A stretch of 32,000 nt of DNA from an uncultured Erysipelotrichaceae bacterium (GCA_942493105.1 OW818668.1:570001-602000); one strand, 5' to 3'; numbered from the stretch's first letter, positions 1-8,475 are shown. Notes: generated by a model not told the origin, from the letters alone. Numbers and translations: made by a program.

Positions 1-26
1 TTTATCAAAATCATAAACATTCATAA

Positions 27-494
27 TTAGAGTGCCTTAGGTTCGTTGTCTGTAAAGTCTGTATTTTTAGGTGTTTTGTATAGATTCACGATTGCAAAGG
101 TCATGCTGGCGATGACCCACACATGGAATATCGCATCGATGATCCACTCCAAACCACCAAATGAAGTATAGACATATATCATGGCAATCGTATCTAGAAT
201 ATAGATAACTAAACCTAGAATCATCATTTTTGGTTTCTTTGCTAACGCAAGATAAGAACCCAAGAATCCTCCAAAAATTAACACAAGGATCGATATGTAT
301 ATAATCGCCTCTAACATATAACCTAATTGAATACTACTGGTTGCCCACGCTCCCAACAACAAGGGTGTAAACATTGAAAAAGGAAATGAAATACTCATTT
401 TTAATAAGAATAAGACATAATTGACAAGTGTGAAAATCATAACCAAAGCCATATTGGCTTTAGCTGACTGCAATGCGGATTGTTTCTTAAACAT
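27..494 (-). CDS. Hypothetical integral membrane protein (155 aa, about 4 hydrophobic helices)
   Basis: Intact ORF with a Shine-Dalgarno (AAAGGGGA) 6 nt upstream of the ATG at 494. Several long hydrophobic segments. No recognisable catalytic motif. Confidence 0.55.
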   Translation of the reverse strand: MFKKQSALQSAKANMALVMIFTLVNYVLFLLKMSISFPFSMFTPLLLGAWATSSIQLGYMLEAIIYISILVLIFGGFLGSYLALAKKPKMMILGLVIYILDTIAMIYVYTSFGGLEWIIDAIFHVWVIASMTFAIVNLYKTPKNTDFTDNEPKAL

Positions 495-604
495 ATTGGG
501 TCCCCTTTAGTGATTTAATCCCTCTAAGTATATTGTATAAGATATAGATATGGTAAGTCATTTTAGTCAAAAAGGAAAGTGCAAACCTTAAATTTAAAAT
601 CAAG

Positions 605-640
605 ATAAAAAAACTTCCTCTTAAATCAAGTGAGGAAGTT
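605..640 (-). terminator. Rho-independent terminator of the two-component operon, overlapping the kinase stop codon
   Basis: Minus strand reads AACTTCCTC-(11 nt loop containing TAA)-GAGGAAGTT followed by TTTTTTT. The 9-bp arms are at 612-620 and 632-640. Confidence 0.7.
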
Positions 641-1745
641 CTACTTCGAAGATGGTTCCTTCATTTGGCTTACTGATCGTATTGATCAAGCCAGAATGAC
701 GTTGAATGATATTAAGGACCAAGGAGAGTCCTAAACCTAATCCTTCCTTATCTGATCCTTCGACCCGATAGAAAGGCTCAAAGATATGGTGCAAATCTTC
801 TTCTGAGATGCCTTTACCTGTATCAGCGATCGTTACTTTAGTTCCATGTTTCAAACATTCAAGTTTAATGTTGACACGGCCTTCTGGATGATTGTATTTT
901 ATACCGTTTTCGATCAAGTTATAGAATGCTCGATAAAGTAAAACTTGATTGCCTTTACTGGATGGGCATTCTGATAATTGTTGCTCAATATGAACTTGAT
1001 GTTGCTTGGCATAAGGTTGGATATCGGTGATCACATCCATTAAGATTTCATCCATCATGATGTTGTCATCGATGGACGCTGTGGTCAATACACTGCTATC
1101 CAATAAGGTTTCTATGACCGCATTCATCTTTTGAAGGCTTTGATGGATGATGGCGATGGTTTCTTGATAGTCTTTGATATCTCTGCCTTCTAGATGATTT
1201 AAGACATCGATATGAGCTTTCATGATGGCCAAAGGGGTTTTTAGTTCGTGGGCAACAGATACATTAAAATGCTTCTGGGCACTTAATGCCCCATCTAACT
1301 TACTGAGCATTTCATTATAGGTTTGAGATAAAGTCTGAACTTCATCGCTGCTGGCATTAAGTTCAGCTTGTTTACCAGCTTTGACTTGTTTGGTGAGATC
1401 TTTGATGGGTCGATTGAAATGCGCAACGATCAAATATGCGATCCCAATTAAAACCAACATAGAAACACCAGTAATGATGGCTGTGTTGATGACTAGGTTT
1501 GTTTTAAAAGAATCCACATCAACTGTGATGATGATTCCGCTTTTATTCGTTGTGTTATCTTGGATCACTGAATAATCAAAGTCGTTTTGAATGGCTTCCT
1601 GTTGGCTCTTACGCGTCATTTCATCATGATAAAGACCAACTAAGGTCTTGGTTGCGAAATCAACGCTCATCAAGTAGAAAACGCCACAGGTGAATATGGC
1701 GAAAGCTAAAGCGATAAAGGTTTTGGTTTGTATTGATTTTTTCAT
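621..1745 (-). CDS. Sensor histidine kinase (two TM helices, roughly 55-60 aa external loop, HisKA + HATPase_c)
   Basis: H-box SVAHELKTPLAIM, N-box NLIENGIKYN, G1 DTGKGI, G2 GLGLGLSLV. TM helices lie near residues 8-28 and 85-108. Confidence 0.9.
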   Translation of the reverse strand: MKKSIQTKTFIALAFAIFTCGVFYLMSVDFATKTLVGLYHDEMTRKSQQEAIQNDFDYSVIQDNTTNKSGIIITVDVDSFKTNLVINTAIITGVSMLVLIGIAYLIVAHFNRPIKDLTKQVKAGKQAELNASSDEVQTLSQTYNEMLSKLDGALSAQKHFNVSVAHELKTPLAIMKAHIDVLNHLEGRDIKDYQETIAIIHQSLQKMNAVIETLLDSSVLTTASIDDNIMMDEILMDVITDIQPYAKQHQVHIEQQLSECPSSKGNQVLLYRAFYNLIENGIKYNHPEGRVNIKLECLKHGTKVTIADTGKGISEEDLHHIFEPFYRVEGSDKEGLGLGLSLVLNIIQRHSGLINTISKPNEGTIFEVELPHLI

Positions 1746-1757
1746 GGGTGAGGGGTG

Positions 1758-2429
1758 TTAGGAGTTGAATCGATAACCTACGCCTTTAACCGTTTGTATG
1801 ACATCATCACGCTGTGTCGTTTCCTGTATCTTCTTACGCAACGCATAAATATGAACGCGCATTGCTTCACTGAAGGGATCTGCTTCATCATTCCAGCATT
1901 TCTCTAAGAGTTCTTCTGAACTGATGATACGATCCCTATTTTGAACCAAATAAGTAAATATCGTATATTCCTTAAGTGTTAAAATCATTAATTTATCTTT
2001 ATAGGTAATCTGATGCAGATTCAAATCAAATCTGAAATCATCTAAAGTCAAGATGTTGGGCTGTGAGATAAAATCCCGTCTCAACAAAGCTCTGATCCTG
2101 GCTTTCAATTCTTGGAAGTCAAAAGGTTTGGTCAGATAGTCGTTGGCTCCTAAATCCAAGCCTTCGATTCTTTGTTCAATAGAACGATTGGCACTGACGA
2201 TGATGATCTTAACCGATTCGTTTAAAGCACGAACTTGTTTAAGTACTTCGATCCCATTGAGTTTAGGGAGATTGATGTCAAGCACGATTAAATCATAGGT
2301 ATTGATCTCACAAAGTTCAACGGCTTCAAGGCCATCTTTCGCAGTATCAATCGCATACCCGTCTTGTTTCAAGCCCTTCACATAGGCATTCAGTAGCTGT
2401 GTTTCATCTTCAATCAGTAATAGTCGCAT
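1758..2429 (-). CDS. OmpR/PhoB-family response regulator (receiver + winged helix)
   Basis: MRLLLIEDE, DLIVLDINLP (phospho-acceptor Asp), TKPF, and C-terminal wHTH ending VKGVGYRF. Start moved to the ATG at 2429 (tracked ORF begins at 2468) because AGGAAGG lies directly upstream and homologues begin MRxLxxED. Confidence 0.9.
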   Translation of the reverse strand: MRLLLIEDETQLLNAYVKGLKQDGYAIDTAKDGLEAVELCEINTYDLIVLDINLPKLNGIEVLKQVRALNESVKIIIVSANRSIEQRIEGLDLGANDYLTKPFDFQELKARIRALLRRDFISQPNILTLDDFRFDLNLHQITYKDKLMILTLKEYTIFTYLVQNRDRIISSEELLEKCWNDEADPFSEAMRVHIYALRKKIQETTQRDDVIQTVKGVGYRFNS

Positions 2430-2436
2430 AACCTTC

Positions 2437-2664
2437 CTAGTTCTTTTTAATTTTACGGTTGAGTGCAAATCCTAAGACAATGAGCCCCAATGTTGAGCTG
2501 ATGACAGAGACAGTGACCATAGCGGTATCTTGTGGCGCCTTTGGACCATTCATATAGTAGATCCCATCTTCATAAACGCCATCTTGAGGGGCCATAGCAT
2601 TTACACCAAGACCCATTGTGGCCATTAAGATTAAACTGAATAAGAATACTGTAATTTTTTTCAT
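2437..2664 (-). CDS. Small exported/anchored protein (75 aa): signal peptide, about 25-aa exposed segment, C-terminal TM helix with a basic tail
   Basis: N-terminus MKKITVFLFSLILMATMGLGVNA-MA, SD AAGAGGT upstream, C-terminus VTVSVISSTLGLIVLGFALNRKIKKN. The stop codon lies 7 nt before the response regulator ATG. No homologue recognised. Confidence 0.5.
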   Translation of the reverse strand: MKKITVFLFSLILMATMGLGVNAMAPQDGVYEDGIYYMNGPKAPQDTAMVTVSVISSTLGLIVLGFALNRKIKKN

Positions 2665-2690
2665 GATGTTACCTCTTATGGCACAACTAT

Positions 2691-2720
2691 ATCATAGCGT
2701 ATATTAAGTTAGTATTAAGT
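2691..2720 (-). promoter_or_regulatory. Candidate promoter (TTAATA-16 nt-TATGAT) with two ACTTAATA direct repeats at 11-bp spacing
   Basis: Minus strand reads ACTTAATAcTAACTTAATAtacgcTATGAT. The repeats are at 2713-2720 and 2702-2709, and the -10-like TATGAT is at 2691-2696, about 27 nt upstream of the ATG at 2664. Confidence 0.3.
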
Positions 2721-2861
2721 CAAAATGATAAGTTAATTTTACTTGATCACTTCATATGTCTGTTTTCTTACCCATCGATATGGTGCCTTTATTGACGATT
2801 TTTAGAACTAAAGGCCCTTGTCTTAGCTTTGGTCATTCCCATTTTAGATTCTCTCATGGTT

Positions 2862-2894
2862 AGAAAAACACTAGTGTTTATTGACCACCAGTGT
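2862..2894 (-). terminator. Rho-independent terminator downstream of htpG
   Basis: Minus strand ACACTGGTG-loop-CACTAGTGT (9 bp, one G-U pair) followed by TTTTTC. A T-run also follows on the plus strand, so it may work in both directions. Confidence 0.6.
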
Positions 2895-2941
2895 CTTTTT
2901 TATCGTGTCAATTTTTAAGATATATATTCTTATTCAGTTCT

Positions 2942-4834
2942 TTATCTTGAGGCATCAATCATCAATTGTGCCAATTGATTGGAGAACTTCACAGGGTCTT
3001 CTAATGTAAATCCTTCAATCAGTAAAGCTTGACTATAAAGCAATTCTGCATAGTCTTTGACTTTATCACTTGGGATCTTACTGAGTGCACTGATCAAAGG
3101 ATGGTCAGAGTTGAGTTCTAGGATGCGTTTGGCTTTTAGTCCAGGAGCCCCTTCAGGCATCTGTGAGAGGATTTTTTCCATCTCTAAGCTTAATCCTTCA
3201 TCGGATACCAAACACACTGGATGTGTCTTTAAACGGCCGCTTAAGCGAACATCACTGACTTGATCTTTTAGTGCTTCTTTCAGAGATTCCAGTAAAGGTT
3301 TATTGGCTTCTGCTTTATCTTGAAGAGCCTTCTTTTCTTCTTCTGAACCAAGGTTCAGTTCTCCTTGATTGATGGCTTTAAAGGGTTTATCTTTATACGT
3401 CCCAAAGACTTGCAGTACAAATTCATCCACATCATCAATAAGATATAGAATCTCATAACCTTTTTCTTTGACCCATTCTGTTTGCGGTAATGCATCACAC
3501 TTTGCTAAACTCTCGCCACACACATAATAGATTTCTTTCTGATCTTCTTTCATTCTTTCAACATATTCTTCTAATGAAATCATCTTTAATTCTTTTGAAG
3601 ATCCAAATAAAATCAAATCTTCTAAGAGTTCTTTATTGGCTCCATATTGAGCATAAGCCCCATATTTGATCTGTAAGCCAAAGTTTTTATAGAAGGCTTC
3701 ATACTTCTCACGATCGGTTTTAAGCATGCCTAAGAGCTCGCCTTTGATTTTCTTTTCTAAGCGAGAAGCTATGGCTTTAAGCTGACGATCATGCTGAAGC
3801 ATTTCTCGGGAAATATTAAGCGATAGATCTGGGGAATCAACCAAACCTCTCACAAATCTAAAAGCATCCGGCAACAAATCTTTTGCGTGATCTAAAATAA
3901 ACACACCACGGCTGTACAGCTGTAATCCAGCTTGATAATCTTGAGTGTAAAAAGCAGATGGAACATGAGATGGGACAAACAACATCGCATCAAAACTCAA
4001 TGCCCCTTCAAGATTGGTATGAATGACTTTCGCAGGAGCTTGGTAGTCATTGAATTTATCTTGGTAGAAACTGTTGTAGTCTTCTTCTTTGATGTCGTTT
4101 TTGTTTCTTTTCCATAAAGGAATCATAGAGTTCAAGGTAAGTTCAACTTCTTTAGAACCGGTGACTTCGCCTTTATCATCGTAGTCTTTTTGTTCCTCCA
4201 TCATTTTAATGGGATAACGTATATAATCAGAGTATTTCTTAACGAGGCTCTTGATGTGGTAATTTTCTAGATAAATGCTGTAGTGTTCGCCTTCATCATC
4301 TTCTTTCAGATGAAGTTTGATGGTGGTTCCTACAGGTTGTTTATCGATCACTTCGATTCGATAACCATCTTCACCTTCTGATTCGAATTTGACACTATCT
4401 CCGCCCTTGGCACTTTGTGAGATGACTTCTACTTTATCCGCAACCATGAAGGCAGAATAAAAGCCTACCCCAAATTGACCGATAATATCGATTTCACTTT
4501 GCTGGTCTTCTTCTTTCAACCCTTTCTTAAAGGTATTGGATCCTGATTTTGCGATGACTCCTAGGTTATCTTCGACTTCAGCTTGAGTCATCCCGATCCC
4601 ATTATCACGAATGATCAAAGTACGAGCTTTCTCATCGATCTCTAGGGTGATCTGTAGTTTAGTTCTGTCGATATCCACTTCATTGTGTAAAGATGCATGA
4701 TAAATCTTATCCAAGGCGTCAGAGGCATTGGAGATCAATTCACGCAAGAAGATTTCCTTATGCGTGTAGATTGAATGGATCATCAGATCCAGCAGTCTTT
4801 TTGTTTCTGCCTTATATTGTTTCTTTTGGGCCAT
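2942..4834 (-). CDS. htpG: Molecular chaperone HtpG (Hsp90 family)
   Basis: 630 aa. Hsp90 signature LRELISNASDALDKI, IGQFGVGFYSAFMVA, full-length architecture, and SD AAAGGAG upstream. Confidence 0.95.
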   Translation of the reverse strand: MAQKKQYKAETKRLLDLMIHSIYTHKEIFLRELISNASDALDKIYHASLHNEVDIDRTKLQITLEIDEKARTLIIRDNGIGMTQAEVEDNLGVIAKSGSNTFKKGLKEEDQQSEIDIIGQFGVGFYSAFMVADKVEVISQSAKGGDSVKFESEGEDGYRIEVIDKQPVGTTIKLHLKEDDEGEHYSIYLENYHIKSLVKKYSDYIRYPIKMMEEQKDYDDKGEVTGSKEVELTLNSMIPLWKRNKNDIKEEDYNSFYQDKFNDYQAPAKVIHTNLEGALSFDAMLFVPSHVPSAFYTQDYQAGLQLYSRGVFILDHAKDLLPDAFRFVRGLVDSPDLSLNISREMLQHDRQLKAIASRLEKKIKGELLGMLKTDREKYEAFYKNFGLQIKYGAYAQYGANKELLEDLILFGSSKELKMISLEEYVERMKEDQKEIYYVCGESLAKCDALPQTEWVKEKGYEILYLIDDVDEFVLQVFGTYKDKPFKAINQGELNLGSEEEKKALQDKAEANKPLLESLKEALKDQVSDVRLSGRLKTHPVCLVSDEGLSLEMEKILSQMPEGAPGLKAKRILELNSDHPLISALSKIPSDKVKDYAELLYSQALLIEGFTLEDPVKFSNQLAQLMIDASR

Positions 4835-4846
4835 GCGGTTCTCCTT

Positions 4847-4873
4847 TTAGCACTTCGCTTATGTGAGTGCTAA
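4847..4873 (-). promoter_or_regulatory. CIRCE element (HrcA operator) in the htpG promoter/leader
   Basis: TTAGCACTT-N9-GAGTGCTAA matches the consensus TTAGCACTC-N9-GAGTGCTAA at 17 of 18 positions. It lies between the -10 box and the SD of htpG. Confidence 0.85.
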
Positions 4874-4876
4874 TTT

Positions 4877-4904
4877 ATTGTAGCATAACTTTCTTAAAAT
4901 TCAA
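4877..4904 (-). promoter_or_regulatory. SigA-type promoter of htpG
   Basis: Minus strand TTGAAT (4899-4904), 16-nt spacer, TACAAT (4877-4882). The CIRCE element starts 3 nt downstream of the -10. Confidence 0.55.
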
Positions 4905-4957
4905 GCACTCAAGATGCTGCTTGTTTGATTTTTTTAAGCGTTTATACCACAGTATTT

Positions 4958-5881
4958 TTATGAGTTCACTTCTAAACGAAGGATACTGTCAACGGTCAAA
5001 TCGATCATTGCCTTTGATGACACAGAATTCAACACATAGACGTTAGGTGTTTCATTGGTAAGTGAGAGTTCACCTCTTCGTTCATCTTTTGAAATGTTGA
5101 CTGTGATGGATTTTAGTTCTCCATTAAACATCTCAGGCTTAGCTACAGCCATAAGCGCAAAGGAATCATGTAGGTGGATTCCTTCACCATTCTCTTTATG
5201 TTTATTTTTTTCTACATAAAAATCAATGAGGTCGATAAAGATCTTTTGAGTTGGATTAGGAGATTTGATTTTCTTTAAGATGTCTTTGGGTGTAAACAGA
5301 AGTGATCTTGTGATGTCTAGTCCTGCCATCGTCAATGGTAACTTAGAATTCAACACGATGTTTAAAGCTTCAGGATCACTATAGGCATTGAATTCCGCAT
5401 AACGGGTAATGTTGCCTACAGATAAAGAACCCCCCATAAAACTGATGGCTTTGATCTTAGGCAACAGTTCAGGATGATTTTGAATCACGTGCGCCACATT
5501 GGTCAAAGGTCCGGTTGCGATGATCGTAACAGGTTCAAGTGCTTCACTCAAAAGTTTGATATACATCGCTGATGCCAACATCACATGTTTCTCAGTTTCA
5601 AGTTCAATCTTCAATCGTCCAAAATCCTTAAGCGAATGAACTTCTCGATTGTGTAGTATCTTATTGACCATCGGATAAGCAGAACCTTTGGATATAAGCA
5701 CTTTAAGATTTAATATCTTTGCGATACTGCGGGTATTACGATAGGTCTCTTCTATGGTTCCATTCCCATAAACACAAGCGATGCCTAAGAGCTGTAAATT
5801 TTCTTGATTGTTGGCTAATAAGATTGCTAAGGCATCATCAATTCCTGTATCTACGTCCATTATGATGGGGATTTTATTCAT
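4958..5881 (-). CDS. Inosine/uridine-preferring nucleoside hydrolase family protein
   Basis: N-terminal aspartate cluster IIMDVDTGIDDALAILLA typical of IU-nucleoside hydrolases. 307 aa. SD GAAGGAGGA upstream. Confidence 0.85.
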   Translation of the reverse strand: MNKIPIIMDVDTGIDDALAILLANNQENLQLLGIACVYGNGTIEETYRNTRSIAKILNLKVLISKGSAYPMVNKILHNREVHSLKDFGRLKIELETEKHVMLASAMYIKLLSEALEPVTIIATGPLTNVAHVIQNHPELLPKIKAISFMGGSLSVGNITRYAEFNAYSDPEALNIVLNSKLPLTMAGLDITRSLLFTPKDILKKIKSPNPTQKIFIDLIDFYVEKNKHKENGEGIHLHDSFALMAVAKPEMFNGELKSITVNISKDERRGELSLTNETPNVYVLNSVSSKAMIDLTVDSILRLEVNS

Positions 5882-6098
5882 ATTTGTCCTCCTTCAAGGA
5901 AACATGCTATACATTCAGTTTAACCCTTACTATAATGAATGTGGGAAGTGTTTTCATTTTAGCTAAGAAACAGAGCTTCAGGAACTCTGTTCTAAATGAG
6001 ACAAAAACTGCATGAACTCATGCTTTGATAAGGACTTTTGGGTGTTGGGCACACCAGGTCCTTGGCACTTCAATAGTTTACACAAAGACTGCAATCCG

Positions 6099-6107
6099 TG
6101 TTATAAT
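6099..6107 (+). promoter_or_regulatory. Extended -10 promoter element (TGtTATAAT) proximal to the DEAD-box helicase gene
   Basis: TGTTATAAT at 6099-6107, 32 nt upstream of the ATG at 6140, with a weak -35-like TTTACA at 6077-6082. Confidence 0.4.
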
Positions 6108-6139
6108 CATGCGGTATGTCAGCACAGAAATGAGAAAAA

Positions 6140-7810
6140 ATGAAATTTAACGAATTAAGCATAAGCAGTGAAGCACTAAAAGCCATTGACGAGATGGGCT
6201 ACGAAGATTGTACCTATATCCAGGAGAAAACAATTCCCCTGATATTGGAAGGCAAGGATATCATTGGACAAAGTCAAACCGGAACCGGTAAGACAGCGGC
6301 TTATGGCATCCCGTTGATTGAGAATCTTCAAAAGCTCGAAAGACGGATCCCTCAGGTATTGATCCTAACCCCAACCCGTGAGTTAACCTTACAGGTCACC
6401 AACGAACTCAGAAAGTTCGCTAAATATAAAGAAGGCATACGCATTGTTTCAATCTATGGTGGAGAACCCATCAGTTCACAGATCCGCGATCTAAAAGGTG
6501 GCGCCGACATCATTGTTGGGACCCCTGGAAGAGTCATGGATCATATGGAACGTAAAACCTTACGTTTCAGTGACTTAAAAGCCTTTGTCTTAGACGAAGC
6601 CGATGAAATGCTGAAGCTTGGCTTTAAAGAAGATATCGAAGAGATCTTAAAATCTTTACCGACAGAAAAACAATTCTTATTGTTTTCAGCCACGATGCCT
6701 CGTGAAATCCTAAACATCACGGATGAATACCTGAATCATCCAATCCACATCAAGACCGCTCAAAAAGAAATGACCGTCAACTTGATTCAACAAGTAGCCT
6801 ATGAAGTCAGCCAAGGTTCTAAAGCCGATACACTGGTTCAGCTGCTTGAATTCTACAGACCTGATTCATGTATGATCTTCTGTAATACAAAGAAGATGGT
6901 CGATGATATCGCCGCTCTGTTGGGTTCAAAAGGCTACAACAGTGCTGCCATTCACGGTGATTTGAAACAAGAAATGCGTACGATCGTTATGGATCGCTTC
7001 AAAGCCAAGAAGTTAAATATCTTGGTATGTACCGATGTCGCTGCTCGAGGAATCGACGTTGATGATTTGGACATCGTTGTGAATTATGATGTTCCTCAAG
7101 AACTTGAATACTATGTTCACCGTATCGGTCGTACAGGCCGTGCTGGTAAAGAAGGTCTCTCTGTTACTTTGATCACACCGCGCCAACGCAACGTACTGAC
7201 CATTTTAGAAAGATTGACCAAAGCCAGCATCACTAAGAAGAATTTACCTTCATTAGCTGAAATCCAAGCTGTTCGTTTTAACCATTTAACTCAAGACGTC
7301 ATGAAGTCTCTACAGAAAAATGACATACCTGTAGAAATCAAAGCATTGACCGAGAAGTTGATGGATGGAGGTCTATCCCCAATTGAATTGGCCCATGCGT
7401 TATTGTTTAAATTGGTAGGTAATGATATCTTCACCGAAATCAAAGAACCCATCAATACGACCAAACGTGCTAAACGTGTTGCGACAGCCACTGTCCAATT
7501 GGATGTTGGACGCAAACACAATGTTGCCCCTGCTCATATCGTATCCGCAATTGCTGAATCCACTGGCATTTCTGGACAAGATATCGGCAAAATCCGCATC
7601 TCTGAAAACAATACAACGGTAGAAGTTCCTCTGGAATTCCTAGAAGATGTATTGCGTATCATGAATGAAGGAACGATTAAAGGCTATAAGATCAAAGCCT
7701 TTGAATTAAAGAATCCATCTATGGAACCTAAACGCCGTTATGCGAATGACAGTCATGGATCCTATCCGAATAAACACAGCTTTAAAACAAGACATGGAAA
7801 AACCGAGTAA
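6140..7810 (+). CDS. DEAD-box ATP-dependent RNA helicase (DeaD/CshA-like) with a C-terminal DbpA-type RNA-binding domain
   Basis: Motif I SQTGTGKTAAY, motif II VLDEADEML, motif III SAT, motif VI HRIGRTGRAG. The C-terminal segment VQLDVGRKHNVAPAHIVSAIAE...IGKIRI resembles a DbpA/DeaD RNA-binding domain. Confidence 0.93.
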   Translation: MKFNELSISSEALKAIDEMGYEDCTYIQEKTIPLILEGKDIIGQSQTGTGKTAAYGIPLIENLQKLERRIPQVLILTPTRELTLQVTNELRKFAKYKEGIRIVSIYGGEPISSQIRDLKGGADIIVGTPGRVMDHMERKTLRFSDLKAFVLDEADEMLKLGFKEDIEEILKSLPTEKQFLLFSATMPREILNITDEYLNHPIHIKTAQKEMTVNLIQQVAYEVSQGSKADTLVQLLEFYRPDSCMIFCNTKKMVDDIAALLGSKGYNSAAIHGDLKQEMRTIVMDRFKAKKLNILVCTDVAARGIDVDDLDIVVNYDVPQELEYYVHRIGRTGRAGKEGLSVTLITPRQRNVLTILERLTKASITKKNLPSLAEIQAVRFNHLTQDVMKSLQKNDIPVEIKALTEKLMDGGLSPIELAHALLFKLVGNDIFTEIKEPINTTKRAKRVATATVQLDVGRKHNVAPAHIVSAIAESTGISGQDIGKIRISENNTTVEVPLEFLEDVLRIMNEGTIKGYKIKAFELKNPSMEPKRRYANDSHGSYPNKHSFKTRHGKTE

Positions 7811-7829
7811 CAATTACTCGGTTTTTTTA
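7798..7829. terminator. Bidirectional rho-independent terminator shared by the convergent helicase and membrane-protein genes
   Basis: AAAACCGAGTAA-caat-TTACTCGGTTTT followed by a T-run on the plus strand and preceded by A's (a T-run on the minus strand). It overlaps the helicase stop codon. Confidence 0.8.
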
Positions 7830-7836
7830 ATTCTTA

Positions 7837-8172
7837 TTAACCTAGATCCTTTATGGTCATCTTATCTATTTCTCTATTTTTTGTCTGTTTCTTATGAAAC
7901 TTCTTATATATTGCAAAGAAAGTGATTGTCAAGCCAATAAACAGTACTAAGAAAAATAATAGACTAGAAAAAACTTCTCCATCACCATTGACTGGATAGA
8001 CAAATCCAACCCAAATATATAGAATTGTAATCGATAATGTGAGAATTGGTAGAATCAAACCTGGCCAATTCGCATCCATTTTGCACAATTGAATCTGTAG
8101 AAAAATAAAAGCTGCAAACATCCCCACCATCAACAAAACTACACCAATAAAAACCGGTAGATTAACTGACAT
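7837..8172 (-). CDS. Hypothetical small membrane protein (111 aa, about 3 TM helices)
   Basis: Hydrophobic ORF whose ATG directly abuts the stop of the upstream DUF2089-like gene (TAAATG junction at 8170-8175), implying co-translation. Confidence 0.55.
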   Translation of the reverse strand: MSVNLPVFIGVVLLMVGMFAAFIFLQIQLCKMDANWPGLILPILTLSITILYIWVGFVYPVNGDGEVFSSLLFFLVLFIGLTITFFAIYKKFHKKQTKNREIDKMTIKDLG

Positions 8173-8475
8173 TTAAACCATCTCCTTTTTTGATTTTTTA
8201 TATTCATTGATTAAGAGTTTTGCGGTATCGATATCCATCTTCTCATTGACTGCCAAACGTTTAATCAAAGCCACATATGGCTCACTCGATGATTCTTCAC
8301 TGATATGGATCTTTTGAATCAAGCGATCTAGCTTTAATCGAACTGTAGGATAGGTTACTGAATATAAGGATGCCAGTTCTTTTAAAGATCCGGATGCCAA
8401 TAAAAAACGTCTTGTAAAGGTAAGATCTTCTTCATCGAGATTAATCATCCATTCTGGAATGACTTCGATTGCCAT
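8173..8475 (-). CDS. DUF2089-like helix-turn-helix protein, without the usual N-terminal zinc ribbon
   Basis: LDEEDLTFTRRFLLASGSLKELASLYSVTYPTVRLKLDRLIQKI matches my recollection of the DUF2089 core (..FI...GN.KE.E..LGISYPTVR.RLD..). No Cys pairs at the N-terminus. Confidence 0.6.
   Translation of the reverse strand: MAIEVIPEWMINLDEEDLTFTRRFLLASGSLKELASLYSVTYPTVRLKLDRLIQKIHISEESSSEPYVALIKRLAVNEKMDIDTAKLLINEYKKSKKEMV

Noticed and set aside
2437-2520. The C-terminal hydrophobic helix plus basic tail of the 75-aa protein as a sortase cell-wall sorting signal
   Set aside because: The layout resembles a sorting signal, but no LPXTG, NPQTN or other known sortase motif precedes the helix (the sequence is APQDTAMV). 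I call it a membrane anchor only.
2766-2866. Mini-ORFs in the 277-nt htpG/two-component intergenic region (27 aa on plus, a basic 22 aa on minus)
   Set aside because: Neither has an SD or a recognisable promoter, and the sequences are not hydrophobic toxin-like. Chance ORFs are expected in a region this size.
4901-4925. AGCACTC half-site and CAAGCA...TGCTTG hairpin upstream of the htpG promoter, considered as a second CIRCE or a terminator
   Set aside because: Only one CIRCE arm is present, with no partner 9 nt away. The hairpin is short and lacks a T-run on the minus strand where the upstream gene ends, so the evidence is too weak to call.
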